A stretch of 63,629 nt of DNA, the filler included, from Octopus bimaculoides (Eukaryota), in NCBI RefSeq assembly GCF_001194135.2. It is 5 parts of 5 records of this genome, joined end to end, with 100 filler letters (N's around TTAATTAATTAA, not from the genome) between each part and the next. Parts side by side here need not be neighbours in the genome. Positions count along the whole stretch, not along the records: positions 1 to 16,838 come from NC_068990.1; positions 16,939 to 22,916 come from NC_068984.1; positions 23,017 to 53,785 come from NC_068985.1; 2 more parts are not named here. One strand, written 5' to 3'. This document shows, piece after piece, positions 11,522 to 23,242 of this stretch. The translations under genes were made by a program, and so were the position numbers. The first letter of the stretch is position 1. Each line of letters begins with the position of its first letter. The notes under the pieces are model-generated. The model made no database searches, was not told the DNA's origin, and saw only the letters and a program-made list of their open reading frames with translations.

Positions 11522-14002
11522 TCAACAACAACAACTGGTGGTTTGACCTTAAAAGGGCAATTAGAGTAGAATCTGTTAGGTTTAGCAAGGCATTAGGGGT
11601 AGATAGAAATAGAATAGAGGGAGATTTAGTTAGAAAGTTAGATGAGGCGCTTAGGACAGGCATCGCAACTGACGTGTTGGCGACGAGGTTGGCCCTCGAC
11701 CAATTTCTCGACGCCAAACACGAAGGCTGTGTTAGAGCTAAGGCACGTTCACTAAGCGGGGAGGGAACGAAAGCCTCACGATGGGCCGGCGTGCTGGAGG
11801 CGAACAGTTCCAGTAAAGCCACCAGAGCGGATGGGTGGTGTTCCAGACGAAACAGATATGTGTGGCCTTTGAGCGGCGCTTTGCTCGACTGTTTGGGACG
11901 AATGGTAGGACAGGTAATAGGGCAGACTTCGGTCTCTACCTGGTCTCTACCTGGTTGGCTTGCCACGACTCTCGACGAGCGAGGCGGATGTCAGCCGCCG
12001 AAATACACGAAGCGATGAAGAGTTGCTCGAGAGATAGATCACCGGGTTTGGAGGATCTGCCTTACGAGCTTCATATTTCGATGCCAAACTTGTTTGCGGG
12101 CCTCTTAGCAAACGTTTACTACAATTGGCAGCAGAATGGGAGAATTCCCACTTTTGTCTCTCGAGGGGCAGTGGCACTGCTGAGAAAGAACCCTAATAAG
12201 GGGGGGAATTATAGAGAATTTCAGGCCCACTACCCTGCTCAATGCAGAGTTGAAGATTTTGGCCAAGGTGCTAGGCAAGAGGTTCGCACTTGTAAAGAAG
12301 CTGGTTGGTGAGACTCAAACTTGCGTCATCCCAACCAGGACTATTCACGATAACCTCCGTCTTATGCGCTACATCATAAGCTGGCATGGGTAGAGCTCTA
12401 ATCAATTTAGATCAATCTAAAGCCTTTGATAGGGTCAACCATCAATAATTGGCAGCTGTTCTCAAGGCAGCCGGTTTCGGTCCAGTTCCTTGCAGTTGGA
12501 TCGCTGCTTTATACAATGGCATCTGCTCGGTTGTTCGGGTGAATGGTCACCGGTCGGAGCTATCCAGCATCTTGCGTTAGGTCCGTCAAGGGTGCCCTCT
12601 CTCCTCCTTCCTCCATGTTCTGACTCTTGAACCATTACTACGGAAGTTGGAACATTTGATGGGTGTCCCACGTGATCTAGGGTGTGGGAGAAGTGTGTCT
12701 GCTTACGCTGATGATGTCACCGTCACAATGTCAAACCACAGGCATATAGGCCTGATTGGCGAAACACTACAAGAATATGAAACGGTGACAGGAGCTAAAA
12801 TTAATGCGAAAAAGTCAGTGGGCTGGCAACTCGGCACTTGGAGAGGCAAGTTCATGCCGTCGAACAGCGTCAGACAGTCCCGTTAAGTTGCTCGGAATCT
12901 GGTACGGTCCTGACCCCGGGTGGAGAAGAACTGGGACGAGGTGACGTGCAGGTTAACCAATCTCACCCAGAAATGGGCCGAGAGAAGCTGTCCCGTCCCT
13001 GAAAGGTCGAGTGGAGGGGCCAAATGCGTACATCGCATCCACTGGTCAGGCGCCCCATCTGCTGTCAACAGCCGCTGAATGGAGGGCTGGGCATGCCGTG
13101 GTTACTGATGCGCAGACATGCACTGAGGTTTCAGCATCTCCAACGTTTCCTTGACGGTGAGCATATGTGGTCACCTTTTGTCAGGCACACAATTCTCCAC
13201 ATCACGTCTCTTTGACTAAGCTGCAAACCTGGATAAGGCGTAGACCGAGGGTGGGCGCTTAGTACCTCAAGCGCCGACAAACGCTCACAACCCTCCACCA
13301 GGCGGGCAATGCGGTAGGTGGTAGTTCCATCCTAGCGTACCATAGAGATCTATTGGAGGAAAAGTGCGATGACGTTCTCGGGGGAAAACTCTTGGCATCG
13401 ATTAAGATTAACTAACCGGTCTGTTTCGGAGAACTTTCGGGCCTATGCCTATGGAAAACTTCCAGAAATCCATCGCTTGACAGTGCTACCGAGGGATGCT
13501 GCCTGTTTGAGATAAATTTTACAGGCACAGAATTGCCATTAGCCGAGCCTGCCCGAGGTGCGCTCACAACGATGAAACCGTTCTGCACGCCAGAGAATTG
13601 CTGATATGTAGGTTTATGTCGAACACCTGCTGTCGCGTGTATGACGAATCCGGCTATCAGCTGAATTCATTGTGAAGATTGCTCCGCCGCCCTTTTTTGG
13701 CATGGAGGGGCAGGCAATTTTTATTTATCTAATGGCTTTAGCAAAAGAGGTAATATGGTGGACTCGTTTGAAGACGCTAAAGACAGACACTTTCCTCTTA
13801 GGACAAGCCCTCATCAACTTTTTCAAGTTTCACTTGAAAAGGAAGTTGAGATTTGAGAGGGAAGTGTTGCTTTCTAGCAAGTTTGTTGAAAGATCGGTGA
13901 ATATTGGAAGAATGGCCGGTGTGAAAGGACCAGTTCTGAGTGTGCACCTGTAAACAAAAGGAGAAGGGCTCTTGCCCTGTTGTTCAGGCACCAGTGGCTT
14001 TT
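11522..14002 (+). mobile_element. Degraded Tx1/L1-type LINE (linker, RT, C-terminal zinc knuckle)
   Basis: RSPGLEDLPYE, (F)RPITLLNAELKILAK, LDQSKAFDRV, VRQGCP, AYADDVTV, CPRC..ETVLH; frameshifts and stops. Confidence 0.88.
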
Positions 14003-14861
14003 NNNNNNNNNNNNNNNNNNNNNNNNNNNNNNNNNNNNNNNNNNNNNNNNNNNNNNNNNNNNNNNNNNNNNNNNNNNNNNNNNNNNNNNNNNNNNNNNNN
14101 NNNNNNNNNNNNNNNNNNNNNNNNNNNNNNNNNNNNNNNNNNNNNNNNNNNNNNNNNNNNNNNNNNNNNNNNNNNNNNNNNNNNNNNNNNNNNNNNNNNN
14201 NNNNNNNNNNNNNNNNNNNNNNNNNNNNNNNNNNNNNNNNNNNNNNNNNNNNNNNNNNNNNNNNNNNNNNNNNNNNNNNNNNNNNNNNNNNNNNNNNNNN
14301 NNNNNNNNNNNNNNNNNNNNNNNNNNNNNNNNNNNNNNNNNNNNNNNNNNNNNNNNNNNNNNNNNNNNNNNNNNNNNNNNNNNNNNNNNNNNNNNNNNNN
14401 NNNNNNNNNNNNNNNNNNNNNNNNNNNNNNNNNNNNNNNNNNNNNNNNNNNNNNNNNNNNNNNNNNNNNNNNNNNNNNNNNNNNNNNNNNNNNNNNNNNN
14501 NNNNNNNNNNNNNNNNNNNNNNNNNNNNNNNNNNNNNNNNNNNNNNNNNNNNNNNNNNNNNNNNNNNNNNNNNNNNNNNNNNNNNNNNNNNNNNNNNNNN
14601 NNNNNNNNNNNNNNNNNNNNNNNNNNNNNNNNNNNNNNNNNNNNNNNNNNNNNNNNNNNNNNNNNNNNNNNNNNNNNNNNNNNNNNNNNNNNNNNNNNNN
14701 NNNNNNNNNNNNNNNNNNNNNNNNNNNNNNNNNNNNNNNNNNNNNNNNNNNNNNNNNNNNNNNNNNNNNNNNNNNNNNNNNNNNNNNNNNNNNNNNNNNN
14801 NNNNNNNNNNNNNNNNNNNNNNNNNNNNNNNNNNNNNNNNNNNNNNNNNNNNNNNNNNNNN

Positions 14862-15500
14862 AGGTTCGACGAGAACCAACTTACCAACCTGTTTCGTAAA
14901 ACTTTCAAGTCGGAGTACTTGGATAATTTCCAAAAATCTCTGACTTGGCAGTGTTACAGGAATGCTCTACCTGTTCGCGAGAAGTTATCCAGGCACGGTT
15001 TAGCAGTGCCACCGACATGTCCAAGATGCGAGCAGGACAGTGAAACTGTCCTGCACGCTTTTGTACATTGTCGGCAGCTCTCCAGCTTGATAATCTATGT
15101 AGAACACGTGTTGTCGCATCTGGGACGAGTACAGCTGTCGGCTGAGTCTTTGATAAAGATGATACCGCCAATTGGACTCTCAAAGGAAGGTGAAGCTTGC
15201 TTTTTCTGTACGGTAGCAGTGTTGAAAGAGTGCATATGGAGGACAAGAATGGAAGGTTTTGTGACAGGGTACTACATGTCCGGCCCTGGATTGCTGACTT
15301 ACTTCAAATACCATCTGAAGAGCAAGATAGGGCTGGAAAAGAGAACTCTGTCAGCTAGAGTATATGAACAGAGATGGAAGGAAGTGGTGAAAAAGGTGGG
15401 TGTGAGTCACCCAAACTAATCATCGAGAAAATAAAAGGCGAGCTACTGGGTCTTATAGGCTGCCGGGTTGAGAAAGCCAATCGTTTTATTTTACAATATA
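14862..15500 (+). mobile_element. Second Tx1-type LINE 3' end, reading frame open
   Basis: About 185 uninterrupted codons (14862-15419) with CPRCEQDSETVLHAFVHC CCHC knuckle, then a short 3' UTR into microsatellite. Confidence 0.85.
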
Positions 15501-15558
15501 TATACATGTGTGTAGGTGTGTGTGTGTATGTATGTATGTGTGTGTGTGTGTATATATG

Positions 15559-15609
<51 letters not shown>

Positions 15610-15799
15610 GCATAGGATTGTCGGTATATTTAAAAGGAAAAAAAATAATAGTCAATGAACATACGAATTGTAAATTTTATATAAAGACAATTGTAAATTT
15701 TTAAAAGATCATAGAACTCATACATTTTATTTATTTGTTTGTCCTGTATTGTACCCATAGTGATCATAATAAAAATTTTCAGCCAGCTGGTCATGCTAC

Positions 15800-15842
15800 T
15801 TCAGGCTGATGACGAGCAAAGACTCAGAAACATGTCCCTGAA
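15800..15842 (+). ncRNA. Type I hammerhead ribozyme motif (Penelope-like element type)
   Basis: TTCAGG / CTGATGA / cGAG-caaaga-CTCa / GAAAC-at-GTC / CCTGAA: 6-bp stem I, conserved core, palindromic stem III (ACATGT), GUC site. Confidence 0.7.
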
Positions 15843-16025
15843 TGCTGACTAGGCTGGGTGGAGGAGTTTGTCTCCCCCTCGCAAACATAAGGACACAGTA
15901 ATTGTCAAGGCCAATAGGAAGCGGTCTAGCTTCCTAGGGCTAAACAGGTAGCAAAATAATACTCGAATACAGGAGGTAGAGTTATATGATTTTTTTTATT
16001 AAAGCTGCAAAAACATTACAAAAAT

Positions 16026-16063
16026 CTGCTGCTTAGAGTTTCACGTTCCCGTTCGTCGGGCAG
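16026..16063 (-). ncRNA. Degenerate hammerhead-like motif
   Basis: Minus strand CTGC / CCGACGA / ACG-ggaa-CGT / GAAAC-tctaa-GCA / GCAG; the core U4 and cleavage-triplet U are substituted. Confidence 0.45.
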
Positions 16064-16573
16064 TTGTGATACAGAATGGAATAAAATTGTGATGGTACAT
16101 GTTATATATGATTTGAGATAATCTAATTTGACAAATAGGTATTTGAATTTCAGTGGTTAATTTATTTTGAAAACGAGCGGTGTTGTAGTTGCTAACGGTT
16201 TGAGCTAGTCTGGAGTATGTAAATTGAACAGTAAGATATATCGTACTGTATGATATCGAAAAAACCTTGAGTTAAAGAGGGAATAATATATGTCCTGAAG
16301 AGAGTAATGATAAATAAATAATTAATAATTAATTAATGGAGGCGTAAGTTTTTCTATTAATTTAAAACCTATGGATGAAAGGAAATTCCTAGGTATATAA
16401 TTGAATAACGATTTTGTGTTACGGATAAACACACTACAAATGTATACATCTATAACTATAATTATACACAGGAAAAATACATGCACATACGCACGTATAC
16501 ATATAAATACACACACACATATATAGAAATAAACACACATATACATATACATATAAGTACACATACATGTGTG

Positions 16574-16609
<36 letters not shown>

Positions 16610-16610
<1 letters not shown>

Positions 16611-16700
16611 TAGCAGAAATACCCGGCGTTGCCCGGGTTAAAGAGAATAATGAAATCTAAAAACGCCGTCTAGACTACGCATCATCTATATATATAGAGA
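16610..16700 (-). mobile_element. 91-bp mini-Helitron
   Basis: Minus strand A|TC...CTAG|T termini, subterminal GC hairpin acccgggcaacgccgggt, no TSD, next to (TA)n. Confidence 0.7.
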
Positions 16701-16938
16701 TGTATATAAACACACGCACCCAAACACACATATATATATGTATATCAATATAAATATATGAAAGTCAATGAAGTTTCGTAAAAGGAGGTGATCATGTACA
16801 TACTTTCTTGCTGTTGTGATTATAACACCTCATTGTAANNNNNNNNNNNNNNNNNNNNNNNNNNNNNNNNNNNNNNNNNNNNTTAATTAATTAANNNNNN
16901 NNNNNNNNNNNNNNNNNNNNNNNNNNNNNNNNNNNNNN

Positions 16939-16973
16939 TCATCATCATCATCATCAACCTCATCATCATCATC

Positions 16974-17007
<34 letters not shown>

Positions 17008-17345
17008 CCATCATCATCATCATCCCAAACACCCTCTTCGACGACGACGACAACGGCAAAAACGAGCATGATGACGACGACCACGACGACCACCACCCTC
17101 TTTTCACTACCACCACTGTCACCGTCGACGTAGTCGCTGCCATTCTCCTCCGCCTCCTCATCACTGCCATCGAAAGCATTGTCAATAGCTTCATTGTTAT
17201 CCTCCTCCTTCACCTTCCTCTTGCTTCCCCCTTTCCTCCTCCTTTCATTCCTCCTGCTCCCCATCATCATCATTAGCCCCATCGTCATCATGACCAGGTT
17301 TGTAATTAACGTGATTGCCGCTGGTGTCATCGTCATCGTTCTAAT
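16939..17345. repeat. Degenerate (CAT)/(GAC)/(CTC) trinucleotide low-complexity tract
   Basis: Pure CAT run decaying into related triplets. Confidence 0.85.
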
Positions 17346-17779
17346 CATTAAGGACCTGCTCATCAGTGAACCATAATTAATTCGGTAAATTTAATCAGTT
17401 TCTATTCAGAGACTACTCAACAATTCAGTTTCAAACGCCATTGTTTACTCTTTGGCTGTTCATAATCTGGATATCTACCATTTTAATCTGGCCTGTGAAT
17501 TTATATTAACCTATTATTAATAAAATATGATTATCCATGTGGATTAATAATATTATGTTCACATCATGAATATGTATAAATAACAATTTTATTTATTTTT
17601 CATTTCTTTCGTGACTTTGTCAGAAAAATATAACTAGCGATTATATCCTTCCTCGGGTCTTCTGACACTCGTGGAATAATGTAAGGTTCAATCTACAAAG
17701 CGTGGATCAACCTTAGATCGCAGATGTGAGCAAGATATTTTACGCAAGATTGGACACAGATCCAGAACTTCAGAACTCC

Positions 17780-18015
17780 AAGTCCAGATCTCACTCTATG
17801 TGATTTTTACTTGTGGTGTTACACAAAAGAGGTGTACAAAACAGGTGTTACACAAAAGAGGTGTACAAAAGTCCTCGCACACTGGAGGACTTGGATACAC
17901 GGATTCAGGAGGTTCTCAATGGCATCTAGACCACGTCCTTCAGAGGGTTGTTCATTCCATCCCTGGCCGTTTGAGAAAACTGGTTGACACCTCCGGTTCT
18001 TACGTTGAAATGTGA
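17780..18015 (+). mobile_element. Tc1/mariner transposase C-terminal fragment
   Basis: SPDLTLCDFYLW motif followed by ...LQRVVHSIPGRLRKLVDTSGSYVEM*; internal ~27-bp tandem duplication. Confidence 0.7.
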
Positions 18016-18747
18016 AGATTCACTTTCATCTTCCCATCATTTACGCAAGATTGGATTACACTAAACTTTATCGGCTAAAGGAATCTCGGAGTCAGGTTGC
18101 ATTCGTAAATAGGTAATGAATTAATCTACTACTAGTTGAACCCCCATCTAAGATTTTTAGGATAATGATATTTGGACTGGACCATAGTTCTCAGATCTTC
18201 CGGTCTAGAGTCACGAACTAATCTTTCTCCATAAAAAGGATGTGTCGCTATAAAAGGTAACTTCTATGTGAATATGGCACGATTGATCAACATTGGTAAA
18301 CTTATTGTGACTGACCTGGCAAAATTCAAGCAGTTCGACCGAACATTCTAGAAGAATGGCTAACAGTTATAAAACGCTGGCAAATTCAACCTCAGGCCAG
18401 AGTTGTTCTTTCTCCCTCTTCACTTTTCTTATGTAACATGCTTAAGCTGTATCGACAAAAAGTGCCTACCTTAACTTGTGGTGCTCTGTAAATTATATCC
18501 AATAATTAAAATTCGTTGCTCTACTTCCATTATATTATTCAGCAAGTTATATACAGAAGATTTTCCTTTAATTTCGTTGAATATTGTTCCGTTAATAATA
18601 AATTATTATTAATCGATTTGTGTTAGGCGGGGATCTGGCAGAATCGTTAGCACGGTGAAGAAAATGCTTCCAGAAACGTAAAGAAACAAAAACTATCGTC
18701 AAGCGGTGGTAGGAGAGACACAAAGACGCACGTACATGAATGCTTGC

Positions 18748-18789
<42 letters not shown>

Positions 18790-20788
18790 TTATATGCATA
18801 CATACACACATAGAAAGACACTCATACGCACACACACAGATATGTTGCATATCTATGCTCACCTATATTATATATATATNNNNNNNNNNNNNNNNNNNNN
18901 NNNNNNNNNNNNNNNNNNNNNNNNNNNNNNNNNNNNNNNNNNNNNNNNNNNNNNNNNNNNNNNNNNNNNNNNNNNNNNNNNNNNNNNNNNNNNNNNNNNN
19001 NNNNNNNNNNNNNNNNNNNNNNNNNNNNNNNNNNNNNNNNNNNNNNNNNNNNNNNNNNNNNNNNNNNNNNNNNNNNNNNNNNNNNNNNNNNNNNNNNNNN
19101 NNNNNNNNNNNNNNNNNNNNNNNNNNNNNNNNNNNNNNNNNNNNNNNNNNNNNNNNNNNNNNNNNNNNNNNNNNNNNNNNNNNNNNNNNNNNNNNNNNNN
19201 NNNNNNNNNNNNNNNNNNNNNNNNNNNNNNNNNNNNNNNNNNNNNNNNNNNNNNNNNNNNNNNNNNNNNNNNNNNNNNNNNNNNNNNNNNNNNNNNNNNN
19301 NNNNNNNNNNNNNNNNNNNNNNNNNNNNNNNNNNNNNNNNNNNNNNNNNNNNNNNNNNNNNNNNNNNNNNNNNNNNNNNNNNNNNNNNNNNNNNNNNNNN
19401 NNNNNNNNNNNNNNNNNNNNNNNNNNNNNNNNNNNNNNNNNNNNNNNNNNNNNNNNNNNNNNNTATATATATATTATGAGCTTCTTTCAGTTTCCCTCAC
19501 CCAAATTCACTCACAAGGCTTTGGTCGACCTGAGACTATAGTAAAAGGCACTTGCCCAAGTTGCCACGCTTTGGGACTGAACCTGAAACCGTGTGGTAAG
19601 GAAGCAATCTTCTATTGCAGTCACGTCAACACCATTGCTTTAGTCTGAGTCGTATATTTTGGAATAGACGTAAAATATACTTCAAACTGATATCGTGACT
19701 AGATTTCAAACCATATTTGATATTCTTTCACTTCAACTGTTTTATCAATACCAATGTTGTGAAACATAAACTTTACGACTAGGCATTTCCTGCAGTCCGT
19801 TCCGTTTGTTAGTTACCAAAAATAAATCTATGTTGAAGGAATTTAAATGTAGTTTTTAAAACTGATTTTATTTATGTTTCGATTTTAATTAAAATGTTGC
19901 TTCTAATCATGCAGAAGACAAACAATTTCTAGTATGATGGTCAATTGACCCAAATATTCTTTACATACTTAATTTATCGGCCCATGATGATTGAAAAGCA
20001 CAGCTAAAACACATTGGGTTTGAACTTAGCTCATAGAGGATTCAAACAACATAAATAACAACAACAATCAAGTCATGTTTGATTTTTGATAATAACACAA
20101 AACCAAATATTCTGAAGTTTATACGCAATCGATATAACTCGATAGATATTTATCTTATGGACTCTGGAATTATTAAATTTAAATTCGATTTCAGCAGGGG
20201 TTGACCTAAGGGAATATAAAAAAAGACATCCCTTAAATACTCTGAGGCATAGCCCCATCATCTGCCTACTCTACAATCAATAAGCCCCTATTGACAATTC
20301 GGTTAATGCTAACTTCTATGTTTTCTAATACAGGCAAAACCGATTAGTAGATGTTAGTGCTATAATATATTTGCTGCTGCGTACCAAGACATTTTTATTA
20401 ATTGATATCACACTCTTTGTCATTAGAACAATATTTTGTAAATAACTAATTCTTGTCTGAGAAGGAAAGTGGTAAATTTTAACTAATTTTCAGTCAATTC
20501 AGTATGAAATATAATATTTGATCCCAGACCAAAACAGGTGCTTATTTTAATGGCCCCTGATATATCGAAAACAATTTGAAATCAGAACGTAAATAGGTCG
20601 TAATTAAATGTTGCAAAGTATTTTGCCCGTCGTTCTGACAATTCACTATTTGAGCGACTTTATGTTAACAGATTGAAATTTCTAATTTAGGCACAAGGTC
20701 TGCAATATTGAGGCAAGAAGGTTAATCGATCATACCGATCCCAGTACTTGACTGGTTCTGTATTAGGCTGTAGTATATTTCTGATATA

Positions 20789-21000
20789 CAGAGTGTCCAC
20801 AAAGTCTGGGTACATGGAGATTAACACATACTTTAAGAAATTATTATTTCTTATATTTAATTGTCTATGTTATGATTTTATTTACTCCATATACCACCAT
20901 GAGGATTAACACATACTTTAAGAAATCATTATTTCTTATATTTAATTATTTATGTCATGATTATATTTACTCCATGTACCCAGACTTTGTGGACACTCTG
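20789..21000. mobile_element. Tc1/mariner-type MITE
   Basis: Perfect ~31-bp TIRs (cagagtgtccacaaagtctgggtacatggag), TA target duplication, internal ~80-bp tandem duplication. Confidence 0.9.
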
Positions 21001-22869
21001 TATAATTCATTTTATTGACCACACCTCACAACCACCGGAAAGATAAGCAGCATGGGGTAAACCTGGTGGAATTTAAAATGAGATTATTGATTATAAGTCA
21101 TTATAAGGTGCTGTAGTATTTCTGTCTACTCACTATTCACTTAAAAGTAAATAATTGTATAACAAAGAAAGTGAATAGAAAAAAATGTATAGTTAAATAG
21201 TCAACAATAAAGATACTGAATAAAGGAAAAAGAAATAAAAAGGTTGCATCGAAGTGGACCAAATCAATCGAGTAATTATAATTAAAGGTCTCTTTGTCAA
21301 AACGCCTATAAATATATTTAAAACATTGGTAGGATGTTGATGTCATTAATGAATGAAAACAAATTCAAATTAAATATAAAGACTAAAAAATTATCGTTTG
21401 ATTTTCTTGACCTAAAGAAAAAAAAAAAATTAATTCTTTACAGTAAAGCAAGTTATTTTTACAAACATACAGAAAAAATTCCGTGGATTGTTGAATCTAT
21501 TAATTAAATAAATTTAAAAATAACAGTGTACTTATATCGTAATAAGTTTAATGAGTTGAACGGTTATTTCGTAGTTTTACATTATTAAATTAAAAAAAGA
21601 AACAACTTAAAAGTGTCGTTTTGTTAATTGCTGTTGGATTTCATTTTCGGAGAATAATCTCTCCTTCCAAATTATTTGTTTACAACACTTTCGATTCGTT
21701 GCTGTAAGGAGCTTTGAGACACCGCGTTGTTTCGACCTGGTTGTGTCACTTTCGTCAAAGCTATCCCCCGAATCAGTGAACTAAACAAGAATTGTGGTTC
21801 TTATAGAGTTCTGCAAGCAAATTACTTTAGTCAATTCAATATGAAATATGATGTTTGATTCCAGCTCGAAATAGGTACTTATTTCAACGGCCTTGATATA
21901 TCGCAAACAAATCTGACGTCGGCGTGATTTACGAACACACAACTTAAATCTTGAAGCGACAAGATAATGCTTGATTAATTCGAAACAGTGTGAATAAAAA
22001 AGTATTAAATTTGACAAAGAAATCTGAACGCAAAAGGATTAAAGGTGAATTAAAAGAAAATGCTGCTCCAAATATGAGTGTGAATATGACTATTTATCTT
22101 ACTAATACCCTCCGCAACCAAATGCTTGTGAAGCAGCTAGCATTTGATTGCTCAACCTGTGACCAATGCAATTAGCTACAGGTCACCAGTGCTGCACGAT
22201 TGAATTTAGCAGAGGGTAACTGCAAAGAAGCTATTCACGCGTGTGTATGTGCGTGTGTCTCTCTATATATGTGTACTTTATGTATGTAGATACATATGTG
22301 CCCGTGGCATATCAGTTCATGTTGAAATGCAAGTATTACTATGAGCCCACACATTCATACATACAAACATACCTATATATGAATACACACATATTTGTAA
22401 CATATACACGTATACGTACACAAACACACATTCACACACGCACACACACATATGTATATATACATTTTAATACACACACACACACACACATATACGTGTT
22501 CAAATTATATTTTAACTATTGATTGTATAAAATACAACGTTACGTGAACGCGTGTATGTTCATGAATATACGTATATAGATATATTAATATATATATATA
22601 TGTGTGTGCGTGTGTGTGTGTGTGTGTATTGTGCATCTATGTATGCGTGTATGTTTGTATGTATGTATTTGTCTGTCTCGTTTTTCGGCTGAATTTGCAT
22701 AGATGTATGAACACTAACGTATATTATTACGATTCTGTATGCGCCGCAACACCAGATACCCTTTATATATATATATACATATACAGACACAAACACATGC
22801 ACACACACATTCCAGCGTACTTATACACACATACACACGCACAATATTGTAAGTATGCACTCATAGTTT

Positions 22870-22916
<47 letters not shown>

Positions 22917-23016
22917 NNNNNNNNNNNNNNNNNNNNNNNNNNNNNNNNNNNNNNNNNNNNTTAATTAATTAANNNNNNNNNNNNNNNNNNNNNNNNNNNN
23001 NNNNNNNNNNNNNNNN
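22917..23016. other. Artificial 100-bp scaffold spacer (44 N + TTAATTAATTAA + 44 N)
   Basis: Identical construct at 16839-16938, 22917-23016, 53786-53885 and 58173-58272; the 12-mer has stops in all six frames. Confidence 0.9.
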
Positions 23017-23242
23017 GGCACATAAAAGACACCATTTCGAGCGTGGCCGTTTTCGTGCGGGTGACACGTAAAAGCACCCACTACACTCTCGGAGTGGTTG
23101 GCGTTAGGAAGGGCATCCAGCTGTAGAAACTCTGCCAAATTAGATTGGAGCCTGGTGTTGCCATCCGGTTTCACCAGTCCTCAGTCAAATCGTCCAACCC
23201 ATGCTAACATGGAAAGCGGACGTTAAACGATGATGATGATGA
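23017..23242 (+). mobile_element. SINE family C (RTE-like tail, (GAT)n end)
   Basis: ggttggcgttaggaagggcatccagctgtag core and ccatgctagcatgg-type hairpin tail. Other copies at about 23727-23940(-), 26350-26545(-), 27140-27345(-), 28733-28952(+), 34643-34822(+), 38675-38850(-), 43950-44195(-), 46236-46575(-), 52258-52432(+). Confidence 0.8.

Noticed and set aside
13830-15419. Long ORFs spanning N runs (also at 18740, 33818, 45733, 49660, 56509)
   Set aside because: Length comes from untranslatable N; not evidence of genes.
16883-16894. TTAATTAATTAA palindromes (four occurrences) as a biological motif
   Set aside because: Always centred in exactly 44+44 N; a synthetic six-frame-stop contig linker.
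16887-17363. Acidic, Asp-rich ORF resembling a nucleolar or biomineral protein
   Set aside because: All frames are low-complexity products of a decaying trinucleotide microsatellite; no splice or homology support.
21700-21770. Minus-strand TTGACGA...GAAAC...GTC motif
   Set aside because: C3 is missing and stem I cannot form in register.
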